64,000 nucleotides of DNA from Eledone cirrhosa. Its lineage: Eukaryota. The stretch is taken from the NCBI GenBank assembly GCA_964016885.1, contig OZ024743.1, positions 267,468,001-267,532,000 on the forward strand, in the 5' to 3' direction. Made by a program: the position numbers and the translations under genes. This document shows positions 11,509 through 24,991 of the stretch, piece by piece. The notes beneath the pieces were generated by a model. It worked only from the letters and a program-made list of their open reading frames with translations. It was not told the origin of the DNA and searched no databases. Numbering within the stretch: the stretch's first letter is position 1; each line of letters opens with the position of its first letter.

Positions 11509-14440
11509 TTAGTATCTATCCAGCTGCAATTTGAATGATTCCACACTGCATCCTGATAGATTTTTGACACCTACCGGAATGGAGTTGAATAGTTGTGCCC
11601 CTCGAACCAACAGAGTTGACTCTCGCAGGGTTTTCGCTGCCTGGCCAGCCCTTTTGTTGATTGATGGTAGCTGGCAGCGTCTTCCGTGGCGCAGTGAGTG
11701 GTAGGTTTGATACCAAAGTTTGGCACCTTTTGCTCTATCATTTTCCAAATGTATATAATTCGGTATCGCTCAAATCTTCTTTCTATTGAGTACATCTTCA
11801 AGGTGTTGAGTCTTTGCCAATAGTCCAGGTCCCTCGTTTCTGAGAAGTATGAGGTAACATTTCTTTGGAGCGATTCCATCTTAGATAGTTGGCCCTTTGT
11901 TGTTGGTGACCACAACTGAGAACAGTAGTCAATCCTCGGAAGTACCATACTGTTCCAGAGGGTTTTCATTATTGAGGTATCTCTTGATTTGAAGGTGCGC
12001 AAGATCCACCCGCTGTACTTTCTTGCAGTAAGACAGACTGAGTCAAGGTGTTCTCTGAATTTTAGGCTGGTTCCCATGTGGATGCCTAAATCTTTCACAC
12101 ACTGTTTTTCCATTATTTGTTGTCCTGATGGGTTTCTGTAGTTTGTTGTATTTTTCAGATCTTGATCTATTCCGTAGCGAATTAGTTCAAACTTCTTATC
12201 ATTGAACAATATGTTGTTTGTTTCCTGCCATTTGTATATGGTGGTTAGGTCCTTTTGTAAGGCCTCTGTATCCACCTCGTCTTTGATTTGTCTCATGACC
12301 CTGGTGTCATCAGCAAAGTATGAGACGTTGCTGGTTGTATCTTCATCTATGTCAGAGATGAGGATGAGAAACAGGATCGGGCCGAGTACTGTACCCTGAG
12401 GAACACTGGTGGTCACAGGTGATGGTGCTGAATGGGTTCCATTCACAGTGACTGTTTGAGTTCTATTTGTAAGGAACTCATGTATTGATGTACCAACTTT
12501 TCCTCCTACTCCTAGCTTTCGAAGTTTGTGTCCCAGGATGCCATGATCTACCTTGTCAAATGCCTTGGCAAAGTCGAGGTAAATAACATCTGTGTTGTAT
12601 CCATTCTCTTTCTAGGATTTGGTCATGGTGTGCCAGTAGTTGGGAAAGACATGATCTACCTAATCTGAATCCATGCTGATTGCAATTCAGATTGTTGGAT
12701 TCCAGGAACTCAACCAGTTTTCCACGAACTATTCTTTCGAAGACCTTGATAATGTGTGATGTCAGTGAGATTGATCGGTAGTTCTTTGGTTTTGATTTGC
12801 TGTCCCCTTTATGTATTAGATTTATGTGTGCTTCTTTATATGTATTTGGTATTTTGCCATTCTCCATAGATTCCTTCCATATCATGTAAAGGGGTTTCAA
12901 CAATTGTACCTTGCAGTTTTTAAGTATCATGGCATTGAAACCATCAGGCCCCGCAGCCGAGTGCATGGAGAGCTTGTCTATGGCTCTTACTATGTCTTCT
13001 GGGTTGAAATCAATGTCGGATAGGGTAGGTTTTGTATGGTCGATATCCTTGAAGAATTCTCCTGGATCTTCATGGTTTTAGATGGCTCACTGAAGACACC
13101 TTCATACTGTTGACCCAACATTTCTGCCATTTCAATAGGGTTATTCACTACATCCCCATTTTGTCCCTGGAGAGGTCCTATTGTTGACGTGGTATTCGAG
13201 TATTTCTTTGCAAAACTGTAGAAACATTTTGGATTTTTCTTGATGTTTTCTATGGCTCTCTTTTCTGCATTGTTACGTTCTTCATCATAGTGTTGCTTTA
13301 GATTGTCTTCTAATCTGTATATTTGATCAAGGACTTTCTGTAGTTCATTTTTTTTTCATGTCAGCTTAGATGTTTTGTTTCTTAGTCTTGACCTTTTGCG
13401 CATCTGGATCTTTCGCTCCCGTGGTACAGGTTTTTTTGTGGATTTGGTTTTCTTAAGAGGAATATTTTTTGCATATATTTCTTCGACTTGTTTAAGAATT
13501 TCTTGTGTTTATCTGGCCCAGTAAGGTAGAGATCCCAGTCAAAGATTTGTAACTGGTTGTTAATAGTTTCCCAATTTGCCTGGTGATAATCATACCTGCA
13601 TAGCTTTGGCATGTCCTTTTGTTTAAGAGTTGTGGCATTGGGCCCATTACCAATGTGTAAATGCATTTCAATAATATTGTGGTCTGAAAGGATTGTTGGG
13701 GTTGAGTGAAGGTCAAATAGCGTGTCCTCGTTGTTGGTGAAAACCAAGTCGATCGTATTATTATTTCTAGTTGCTTCTGTCATCATTTGTTTGAGGTATA
13801 ATTTCTCTGTGACTTCCAACAGTTTGGCTGCCTGTATTTGTTCGAGGTTGACTTTACCTTTCATCCTTACGGGGTCGATAAAATAAAGTACCAGTAATGC
13901 ACTGGATAATTGCTGGCCTTGTGCCTAAAGTAGAAACATGTATTTGTTCAGCTTTTGTCCCCAGTTTTAGTATGTGTCCATGTGGCCAGATGATGTTAGG
14001 GAAGTTGAAGTCACCAAGGAGGATAATGTCTGGCATTGGACTCGCCATGTTTCCCAGAATTTGTTGGAGCTTTGTCAGTGGCTCAGTGAAGGATAATGTT
14101 GGGCTTTTTGGCGGTCTGTACATTATTGTTACAACTGTATTAAGTTGGATGATTTTTATGCACAACAGGTTGCAGTAGGCATTTGATTCATTGACAAGTT
14201 CTATGCATGCATAGGTATCATGGATATACACGATAACGCCCCTATGGGATCTGCCTTGTCTATCACATCTGAAGATGTTGAATCCATTGATTGAGATTTC
14301 GCTGTTGCGGATGTTTTCGTTGAGATGACTTTCAGTAATTCCAATTATTTTGGAGTTGTTTTCTATTGCTAATTCTTCCAAGAAAGGGACTTTACACTGT
14401 TTTATTTTCGGATAAAGACCCTGGATATTTGCTGTTATTA
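11509..14440 (-). pseudogene. LINE ORF2 (APE-RT), frameshifted and SINE-interrupted
   Basis: Fragments 13854-14381, 13382-13843, 12556-12966, 11571-12446 and 11509-11748. Confidence 0.88.
13844..13938 (+). mobile_element. 5'-truncated MetaSINE-like SINE inserted in LINE ORF2
   Basis: Core CCTTTCATCCTTACGGGGTCGATAAAATAAAGTACCAG. 11-bp TSD TGTATTTGTTC at 13833-13843 and 13939-13949. Confidence 0.88.
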
Positions 14441-14455
14441 TGCTTTTTGTACCGG

Positions 14456-15235
14456 TTACATCTGCCCTATTGTTGGCAAGACTGTTGTAGTTGCTGGGAC
14501 TGTGCTGACTGGATATTCGGTCTGCTGGGCTGTCTGTATTTGTTGTATGTGCCCTGTAAGTCCAGGTGTCAGCCTTTGTATCAATGTTGCCAGGTTTTGC
14601 TGAGTCATCTGTATGGAGTACAGCTGTTGTTGTAGTTGGTAGATTATGCCTAAAAAACTGCTTTCATTCATTACTGTATGGAATTTCTGCGAGTTTGGGT
14701 TTGTTACAGCTGATGTGTGCAATTGAATAGCATGATTTTCTTTCACTGTTGAACCATGTCTTGGTTTCTGCATTTTTGGGAAGTGGTTTTCATACCCTGC
14801 TGAGTTTGGTCCTGGTGGTATGGGTTCAGTAGTTTTTATGCGAATTGTACCCTTCCGGTGCATAAATTTGCAATTCTCGTCAAAACATTCTTTTTTTCTC
14901 AGCGAATTGCGGCACATCTTTGGGTGAAGGAGTTCACATTCTCGGCCATTTTGGCATCCTTTTTTTCGATCAGTACCGAAGTTGATATATGGTTTGCATG
15001 GTTTGGGGTGACTGTACGTGCACCCTTTACCTGAAAGACCATGTTTGCACTTGTTGCTCCTGTAATGGATACATACTGGCCTTTCTTCATTTGAGCGTTT
15101 GCTCTGAATTTGTTTCTTTTCGTGGGAAGTTTGGTCTTTTTCAATGATGATGACGATAATGACGACGATGATGGTGATGGCAGTGGGTCTATTAGTTCTT
15201 TTAGCTGCTGATGTGAATGTTGTAGTTGTATCCAC
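14456..15235 (-). CDS. LINE ORF1 with three CCCH-type zinc fingers
   Basis: CIHYRSNKCKHG..GCTYSH; CKPY..GCQNGRECELLH; CRNS...CFDENCKFMH. Confidence 0.75.
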   Translation of the reverse strand: MDTTTTFTSAAKRTNRPTAITIIVVIIVIIIEKDQTSHEKKQIQSKRSNEERPVCIHYRSNKCKHGLSGKGCTYSHPKPCKPYINFGTDRKKGCQNGRECELLHPKMCRNSLRKKECFDENCKFMHRKGTIRIKTTEPIPPGPNSAGYENHFPKMQKPRHGSTVKENHAIQLHTSAVTNPNSQKFHTVMNESSFLGIIYQLQQQLYSIQMTQQNLATLIQRLTPGLTGHIQQIQTAQQTEYPVSTVPATTTVLPTIGQM

Positions 15236-16911
15236 TTCAATATATTACCAGTTGCGATATTTAAAGACGATATTTAAAGATGTTTTTTTGTTACTGTTGC
15301 CGTTGTTGTGAACTACTTATTGTTTTTCAGTGTCTTCGATTCGTTGTTGATCACTTAACCAAGTTGTTTGTGCAACAAAATATATTTGATAATAACATTA
15401 AATGGGCTGTAGTGAGTAAACAAATTTCGGGCTAGTTTATCCACGTGGTTACAGGTTTCTCACAGTGAGATACGAAGCAGAGTTATTAAAGAGATGGCCA
15501 ACTCTTTTAGCAATGAAATTGAAGTTTGAGGCATGTATGTTATCGGTTTGAAAGAGAATGAACCATGAGTTAATGAAAATATCCACTTCAATATACGACC
15601 AGTTGCGATATTTAAAGATATGTTTTTTGTTGTTGTTTTTTTGTTACTGTTGTTGTGAACTACTTATTGTTTTTCAGTGTCTTCGATTCGTTGTTGATCA
15701 CGTGTCTACATATTTTCGAATAATTTAGCGGTAACTTTGGATTGAGGCATTTTAATCAGGTGCTTTGACATAGCTATCATATTTTATCAATGCAAGGTGA
15801 TCTAATAGCAATCGATAAAAAAAATCCGCAGTCTATCTATTAGACGTCGTCATAAACTTGACAGCTATGATCAAAATGACCGACGGCTGGGGACAGAAAT
15901 CAGTAAAATAATATCTGCACCAAGTTACCTAAATCTTTTAAAACTCAATTAACTTAATTTACAACTTGTAATCAATTGATGTCAGTGACCAAATATATGC
16001 GTATCGCATACGAATCAGACTCACACACAGAGACATACAGACGAACAGAGACAGACAACAGACAGACACAGACACATACACACATACACGCACACACACA
16101 CACACACACACACGCACCCCGCCCCACACACACACAAACAAAGACACACACACATTGAGCTCAACTAAAATATTCATAGCCAAATACTCTTCTTATAAAG
16201 GGCATAAACGTCATATTTGGACATAAAATGACGAAATCGTGGCCTTGACTGAAATCAACAACATCATTGCCCACTGAATGATGCGTGACTATATATAAAC
16301 CTTTCCCTAGCTGTAATCTCTTATTGGGTCAAGTGATCTCAAACACGAAACCGCAGTCCATATATTTTGGCGGGCGTAAGCCTCAAATAATTGCCAGTAC
16401 GTTCCCAGATAATATGAGTTGGGAGGGTGAAAGAGTGTCTGACGGTCTCACGTTAAATAGTTGATAGTCGACTCCTTTTCGAAGGATGTGAGCAAGAAGG
16501 GATGCCAAATGACTGGGGAATTGATGTGCCAGGATTTGCGTAATGATTAATAAAGAGGCTGTGCTTCAGAGAAGGTGTTTAATGGCTGTCTATTACGTTT
16601 TCGATGTTGGAAATGTTGGTAGTAGAACGAGGAATGACAGGGTCATTGAGATTGCCTTTTCTGGGAATGGAGAGGACAGAGCGTACCTTGTTTTCCAAGA
16701 TTAAGATATACCATCTCAGGAACGGGAAATTGAAAGAGGAAATTTAAAGATTTGAAGAGTATAAGGGCATAGCATGGAATATATATTTTGAAGGTGTTAG
16801 AAGGGATATTATCAGCAGCAGAGGTAATTTTGTGTCGACACAATCGACGATAATTCCCCACATGTGGTGTATCCACTGGTATACCCGTTAATCTAAGAGC
16901 CCGATACTAAT

Positions 16912-17085
16912 AAGTGTTTCTACTTTTGGCACAAGGCCAGCAATTAGCCAGTATGTTACTGGTACTTTATTTTATCGACCCCGTTAACCTCGGCGGTATT
17001 TAAACTCAGAATGGCAAGGGCTGTAACACTATGCGTCAAAGCATGGTGTCTGGCCCTCTACCGATACTGCCAATCCACTGCCCGA
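16912..17085 (-). mobile_element. MetaSINE-like SINE
   Basis: Reverse complement of the 44864-45042 family. Confidence 0.8.
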
Positions 17086-17392
17086 TGTTAATAATGTTGG
17101 ATTCTATGACGTAGACAATTACTGAAATCGCTCACACAGTGTGCTATGGTATTCTAAAAATATATCAGATTTCTTTGCTCTGATAAACACTCTCTGCTGA
17201 GGTTTCGAATTCGTGACTCTATTTATATCCACGTTCTTTTGCGACAGGGATGCGGTTCTCTTCCGTTCTGCAGCGTCAGTTAGAATGACAATTATTCCTT
17301 GCGTGTCCTTGTCGTCGTGAAACAATAAATATCACAGTCTTGTCCTAAGCAAATTGGAAATGTTACAAAAGACAATTATGTATGTATATATC

Positions 17393-17682
17393 GGGTAGAC
17401 GCGTGGCTTTGAGGTTAGGATATTAGACTTACAATTGTAAGATCGTGAGCTCGATTCCGGGCAGCGTATTGTGTTTTTAAGTAAGACACTTTATTTCACG
17501 TTGCTCCAGTCCACTCAGCTCTGTTGCACCTGTAATTCCAAGGGTGAGTCTTGTCACATTCTGTGTCACGCTGAATTTCCCTGAGAACTACGTTAATGCT
17601 CAGCCACTTGCATGTTAATTTCACGAGCATGCTCTTCCGTTGACTGTAACTGACGTAGTATCATCATCATCATCATCATCAT
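17393..17682 (+). mobile_element. tRNA-derived SINE (second family) with (CAT)n tail
   Basis: Box A-like GTGGCTTTGAGG and box B-like GAGCTCGATTCC. Related head at 53200-53360(-). Confidence 0.75.
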
Positions 17683-17802
17683 ATATACGGAGGGAGATCG
17701 CGATTCTCAATTATAAATCGTGAAAAATCGAATTCCAATATAGAGCAATATATATAGATAGATATCCATTTACATAGATATATACATAAACATATATATA
17801 TA

Positions 17803-18790
17803 CCTCTGATGGTGTCCAGTAGAGGTAAGGGGGACATCAGTCTATGCATTTCAGGCTTGACTGGCCTTCGTCAGGATGGTCCCTCCCACCGCTTGCTACA
17901 CCTGGACTTCAAAGCAGTCGAGAATATATAGTTTCCTGGTCTGTGTAAATGAGGTGATTAATCTCATTTGCATATGAAGCTGCATAAGTTGGCTCAACTT
18001 ATAATAGAAAAAAATAAGATTTCGCTTCAAGCATAGCTTTATACAATATGTATAGAAATGTTGTATTTCTAAAGAAACACGGTTTTAGGAAGCCGTAGCA
18101 ATGCAAACACCGGGGCTAACGCCATCTGGTGGTGGCCCGCAGGAGCAGGGGGACAACCGTCTATGCATTTCAGGCTTGACTGGCCTTCTTCAGGGCGGTC
18201 CCTCCCACCGCTTGCTACTGTTGGGCTTGAAAACTTTCGGGAATATATAGTTTCTCGTTTGTGTAAATGAGCGGTGGGAGGGACATCCTGACAATGGCCA
18301 ATCAAGCCTGAAATGCATAGACGGTTGTCCACCTTGCTTCTGCTTGACACCACCAGAGGGAGTTAGCCCCGGTATTTTCACAGCTACGGCTTCCTAAAAC
18401 CGTATTTCTTTAGAAATACGAAATGTCTATACATATTCTATAAAGCTATGCTTGAAGGGGAAATCTTATTTCTTTTCTATTATAAGTTGAGCCAACTTAT
18501 GCAGCTTCATGTGCAAATGAGATTAATCACCTCATTAACAGACGAGAAAACTATATATTCTCGACTGTTTTGAAGTCCAGCAGTAGCAAGCGGTGGGAGG
18601 GACTGTCCTGACGAAGGCCAGTCAAGCCTGAAAGGCATAGACGGTTGTGCCCATTGCTTCAGCTGGACACCAACAGAGGGCGATACCTCAGTTTTGCATA
18701 GCTACGGATTTCTAAACCGTATTTCTTTGGAAATACGAAATTTCAATACATTTTGTATAAAACTATGCTTGAAGCGAATTCTTATTTCTT
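17803..18790. mobile_element. Retrozyme-like family B: ~320-nt tandem monomers in two divergent arms, four hammerheads
   Basis: HHR cores at 17849-17874(-), 18168-18193(-), 18288-18313(+, mutated) and 18608-18633(+): CTGA(C/A)GA-AGGC CAGTCAA GCCT-GAAA-TGCA-TA. Period 319-320. Inversion junction at ~18271. (TA)n flanks. Confidence 0.88.
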
Positions 18791-18801
18791 CTCTCTCTAT
18801 A

Positions 18802-18903
<102 letters not shown>

Positions 18904-18998
18904 TGTGTGTGTTTTTGTGAGTGTGTATATATATGTGTATGTGGATATACATATATACATAATAAATGATTAATATATGTATATAGTATATATATTGA

Positions 18999-19160
18999 AT
19001 AGGGTCAGGACCCAGACCGCTGAGCTCCGGCCGTTTCGACAGCTAGATCTGAACAGCGTCGGGGTCCTGTGTCGTTTCATATTACCCAATCTACTACCCT
19101 GAGTATTGAATAATCTGGTGTGTTATGGTCCAATTGGTTCCTTACCACACTTCCTTCGTT
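18999..19160. repeat. ~200-bp hairpin element family H (internally deleted copy)
   Basis: Homologous to 26718-26912, 51576-51778 and 63660-63848. Confidence 0.75.
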
Positions 19161-19163
19161 ATT

Positions 19164-19200
<37 letters not shown>

Positions 19201-20062
19201 TTGGGGTGAGGCATTCTGCGTATGTGTATGTGTATGTATGTTAGATGATTGTCCTCGTTTTTTTGTGCCTCTTTGTCTACCTTACCACAACGAATCCTAA
19301 TTCTCTCTTCTTCTATCAGTCTTCCATCATTACGGCTGTTATCTGCTTTGCTTCTCTCTCGCGCTATTTTTCTCTCCTTTTTCTTTACATAAATATTTGT
19401 TTATTTATGCTTTTCACCTCTTTTAATCTCTTCTTAATCTTGGTTATCCCCTTACCAATTCAAAATCATATCCTTTATTTCCGCTTCTTGTTTTCCCAGC
19501 ATTTTCCCCTTCCATTATTTCTTCCATCTTTACTTCCATCCTACCTACCTCTTCACTCATTCTTTCTTATTATATTGTGTTATATTATATTATATTTGCT
19601 TGTATTTTATTTATATAATTTCTTCTCATCTCATCCTAGTTTTTATTCCTATATCTATTAATGTTTATTTTCATTTATTTATTTCCCTCAGTAGAAATGG
19701 ACAACATTTACACCCACACCACCCACACACATCTCGCGCTCTCTCTCTATATATATATGTATATATATGTATATATATATCTATGGAGAGAGAAAGAGAG
19801 AAGGAGGGGTGAGAGATGCAAGTTATATTTTTCTATCACAATTTGTATATTGTTTATTTGTATATGTTTTGCAATTTTGATATTTATAACTTATCTTATA
19901 TTTCTTTATAATATACTGGGTTCATTTAAAAAAAGAATGTATCGTATTCAATGATATTCATAGTTTACTTTACATATATCTATATCTATATCTATATCTA
20001 TCTATCTATATATCAAGCCACCTATCTCCCCCCCTCTCTCTCTCTCTCTCTGTATATATTTA

Positions 20063-20127
<65 letters not shown>

Positions 20128-20516
20128 GTACATATGTATGTATATATATATATATATTTATATATATATACAGAGAAAGAGAGAGAGAATTAGAGAGAGA
20201 GAGATGTATATATATATATATATATGTATATTTATATGTTTGTATGTATGTATAACTTTGTCGTTAAAATGTTTTTGTTCTAGTGGTGTAAGTGTGCGCG
20301 TTTGTTAGGATCAATGAAGGAGGGTGAATGTGTGAAGATGAAGAGGAAATTGGAGTGTTAGGATAGGTGAAAGGATGATTTTAAAATGGATTGAAGAGGA
20401 ATATGGAAGGAAAGGATTACACACAATGTGTATAGAAGGGTATGTGCATTATAAAACGTATGAATGTACGTATGTACACCATCCCTTTCTCTTTTATAAA
20501 CACACACGCTTATATA

Positions 20517-20723
<207 letters not shown>

Positions 20724-20819
20724 ATATATATTTATATGTTAGGTAATTCCGAAGGAAAAGCAAATGAAAAAAGAGTGCTTTAATTGTTGTTCACTTTCTA
20801 AATATATATATATGTATAC

Positions 20820-20875
<56 letters not shown>

Positions 20876-20989
20876 AAAATTAAAATTAAGGGTTGTCATC
20901 TCTGAGAGACATGCGCCATATCCACTGTAGAATAAGCTCAAAGATTCCAATGAGCAGATCCGAGCATTACATATTAACTAGAAATATAT

Positions 20990-21041
<52 letters not shown>

Positions 21042-21579
21042 AATACAGTAAACAATCGCAGGGAATAATTTGTAAATAATGTAAGATAAGTAGGTAACTA
21101 ATTAAAGGTAGGTAACTAATTAAAGTTTAACTAGAACTTCAAATATAGATACCTTTTAAAATGATTAATCCCCTTTGTATATATTTCTTTAAGTAAGAAA
21201 TATATTTCAACAATTAATCCCTAAATCACAGTAGTCAAATTCACAGATGGTCACCAAAGGTGAAGAAGATAACTATCTGCCTTTACAAAGCAGTTTTTCA
21301 CCTAATGCGGGCCCTAGGAGAACAAAAAGTTGATTTTTGTTATGTGATGTGCATAACACTCCCTGAAACACATGTAATACACATGTAAAGTTTGAAAAAA
21401 ATCGGTTGGGTACTTCTCGGGTTTAACACACACACATACACACACGCGCGCGCGCACAGACACACACACACACACACACACATACACACACACACATAAA
21501 CATATACACACACGCACACACACGCCCTTCCTTCCTCAGTTTTATATATATACATATATAGGTTAAAATAACAGATTAA

Positions 21580-21630
21580 TGTTTAAGCAAAGAATCGTTG
21601 CTTTCACAATTAACGGGATCTTCTGAAACT
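21580..21630 (-). ncRNA. Variant hammerhead-like motif (CAGAAGA core), family C
   Basis: GTTT-CAGAAGA-...-GAAA-GCA...TGC-TT-AAAC; stem II poor. Confidence 0.4.
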
Positions 21631-22021
21631 AAAAACATCAATCTGTGAACGCAGCAGTAAATATTTCGAAAAACGTTACAACCGAAGGAAAACAGGAAGA
21701 CGATACTTTGGTTCGTGAAGACGTTCCCTGGCAATGAACGGAAAATAGCGAACTTAATACGTCATCAATGTTCGTCAGAATGTCGTAATGCAGACAGCCA
21801 GGCATACAGACAGATATTATAAGAGAGCTACGGAGATGGATAACCGGCGCCTAACACCCATTTAACAACAGAAAATTGAAAAATAAAAGCTGCAGTTAAT
21901 ATCTTTAGACCGCAATGAATATATAAATGGAAGTTTGAAGTCAATCGGAGTAGAAATGCCGATTTGTATAGACTTTGCAAAAATAAGGACACACACACAC
22001 ACACACATACAGACAACAACA

Positions 22022-22073
<52 letters not shown>

Positions 22074-22077
<4 letters not shown>

Positions 22078-23315
22078 AAGGAAAAGCGAAGTAGTTTCAG
22101 AAGTTCAAGTCCTTTAATAATAATGCTGTGATATATATTTCAGTGACGACACTGGCCACACTGTTCTGTGTGTGAGTGTCGTGTCATCATCAGACAGCTT
22201 GTTACATAAAAAGGTTATGTTTCCGAGGCAATCCAAATTGGATCGACATGGGAACGGATGAATTGCGTGTTTTGGGGATTTTCATCCGCTCCCTTCTGAG
22301 TACCAATTCACCCCCACCGGCCTGCGCAAGCGCATGTCCGAAGGAAGTTGACCATTAGCCACCGCAGATTTCAACGAAATTTGCTTAGTCAGTTCACCCT
22401 GTCAGCCAAAACAATGGCCCACCAATGCCTGTACCATATTTTACTGCTACCCCTCACCGCTGTGGCAGTCAGCCGAGAGCCAGAGGGGATGGGAGAGTGT
22501 TAGTTTTTACAGGTCATAATACTACCCCTCACTAAGCGTTGACGGTACGACTGACCATCACCTTATAAGGGAAAATAAACTTATTCTAGGTATCATGGTT
22601 TTACGTTGGAAGTTAAGAGTGGGAGTTGGAAATAAAAATTAAAATCCTAAATCAAATATCAGAAATTATAAATTAAACAATTAAGAAATTAACAATTAGA
22701 AATTAAAGAATTTAAAAAAAGAATTAAAAAAATTATTTTCAGGTGATAATTCGGATTGAGGTGAGTAAAAATATAGACTGAAGTGAGTAAATAGTATGGA
22801 GAGAGATGTTTAAGTAATATGTTCTGAGAGGGATTCTAGTGTCACAGTTACTCTCTCCACATATTGAACGACGGTGCCGTACATTATAACTACAGGGCTC
22901 CAAGCATTAGTCAATCTGGTACACAGTCCTAATTTCCATCACATGGAACAAAATCAAAGAAAAACAGACATAAAGTACACAAAAGAAAAGAACAGAACCA
23001 ATAGTGAATAAATGCAAAAACACAGAGTACATATATGCAAAATGATCCATATGATTGTCCATCTGTCCATGTATAGATTGAATTGGTACTCACAAGGGAG
23101 CGGATGGAAAACCCCAAAACACGCAATTCATCCGTTCCCATGTCGATCCAATTTGGATTGCCTCGGAAACATAACCTTATTATGTAACAAGCTGTCTGAT
23201 GATGACACGACACTCGCACACAGAGCAGTGTGACCAGTGTCGTCACTGAAATATATATCACAGCATTATTATTAAAGGACTTGAACATCGGAAACTACTT
23301 CGCTTTTCCTTATTC
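22074..23315. mobile_element. Family D: non-coding element with ~237-bp inverted arms, each containing a hammerhead
   Basis: 22074-22310 is the reverse complement of 23079-23315. HHRs at 22125-22198(-) and 23191-23264(+): GCTGT-CTGATGA-long stem II-GAAA-TATATA-TC-ACAGC. Confidence 0.82.
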
Positions 23316-23376
23316 GATATTTACTCCGTCACTCCTACGTTGAGTGCTTGATTTGAATTGCATCAATATTTACCCT

Positions 23377-23447
<71 letters not shown>

Positions 23448-24102
23448 ATGGGGGGTGAAATTGAAAAAGAGAATGTCTAAACAGTTGGATGGTAATAAAT
23501 TGATTATTAGATAATAATTGCATACATACATACACACATACATGCATACATATATACATCCATATATACGCACATACATGCATACATATATACATACATA
23601 CATACAAATATACATACATGTATACATACTTGGACATACACGTACTTGGATAGAGAAGAATATAGGAATACATTTTCTTGAGATATGGATAAAGTATTTA
23701 ATAAAGAGACAAATTAATATGAGGTTTCTATGTGTGAAGATTGGGGCAATGCAGGGAGAGATGTAATGTTAACAAAATTAAAAAAATAGGGTCAAACAGG
23801 ATGTAAACGTAGAGAGGAAATAACATCTATTTAAGGGAAGACAGAGTGATGTATGATTTGTAGATGAGTGGGAGAAACACAGATCATGAAATAATAATAT
23901 ACGTGGAGAAACACCTAAGATACATTGGACGATATATTGATAGATTAAGTGATATCTTTTGTATTTCTCTCTCTTTCTATCAGCCCGGCTGTATTTCGCC
24001 CCCTTTCATTCCTTTTCTCAGTATTCTCTCTCCCTACCTCACTTTCTGTCTATATATACACACACACACATATATATATGTATATATATATATACATTCA
24101 TA

Positions 24103-24143
<41 letters not shown>

Positions 24144-24256
24144 GGATATGTGTTCCTTCACGCACAAGGCACTAAGGTACGCATGTATTGTCCAACCAAA
24201 TGCCAGTGTGGTTCAATGGTAGGTTAATAAATTAACGAGCCAGAACAAATATAAAG

Positions 24257-24749
24257 AAGGTTTAGCAAATAATGAAAAAGTTTCAAAATAAATTTTAAAA
24301 AATTGACTTTACCTACTATAGTTACCTTTACCGATCGGTTTCGAATCCTAAAATAAACGGAGACCATATGGCCTTCGTTGCAAAGAAAGATTCTCGTCAG
24401 AAGGTTCTTTTCATTCGAAGAATATACAATTCCTGAATTTAAATTACGAACTAGCGCTATCAAAACTGTTCCTGGGATGAGAGTGGATGATGTAGAAACA
24501 GGTTTATCAAGGTCCGAAGTAAAGATAGAGGCAGAAGGAGGTAGGTAAAACCAGCCGCAGCTATCACTAGCAGCAGTCGGAGCGACCAAATTTGTTCTCA
24601 ACTTCTGACGAGAATCTTTCTTTGCAACGAAGGCCGTATGGTCTCCGTTTATTTTTGGGATTCGAAACCGATCGGTAAAGGTAACTATAGTAGGTAAAGT
24701 CAATTTTTTAAAATTTATTTTGAAACTTTTTCATTATTTGCTAAACCTT
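24257..24749. mobile_element. Family E: non-coding element with ~147-bp inverted arms, each containing a hammerhead
   Basis: HHR 24324-24405(-): ACCTT-CTGACGA-GAATC...GATTC-GAAA-CCGATCGG-TA-AAGGT. Second copy at 24600-24682(+). Confidence 0.87.
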
Positions 24750-24793
<44 letters not shown>

Positions 24794-24828
24794 ATATATA
24801 TATATATATACATATACATACATATTCA

Positions 24829-24860
<32 letters not shown>

Positions 24861-24883
24861 CATATATATATATATATGTATGA

Positions 24884-24946
<63 letters not shown>

Positions 24947-24991
24947 TATGTATATATATATGTATGAATATATATATATATATGTATATAT

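Larger units (their letters stand above)
11327..15701 (-). mobile_element. Near-full-length degenerate non-LTR retrotransposon (APE+RT LINE, CR1/L2/Proto2-like; clade not resolved)
   Basis: ORF1 with CCCH fingers, APE (GITESHL, YRPP, GDFNFP, SDHN) and RT (PQGTVLGP, YFADD). (AAATG)n 3' tail. Duplicated ~120-bp 5' segment. Possible CGTGT TSD. Confidence 0.9.

Noticed and set aside
24224-24703. 159-aa ORF across family E
   Set aside because: It spans the inverted arms, has no recognisable motif, and is probably incidental.
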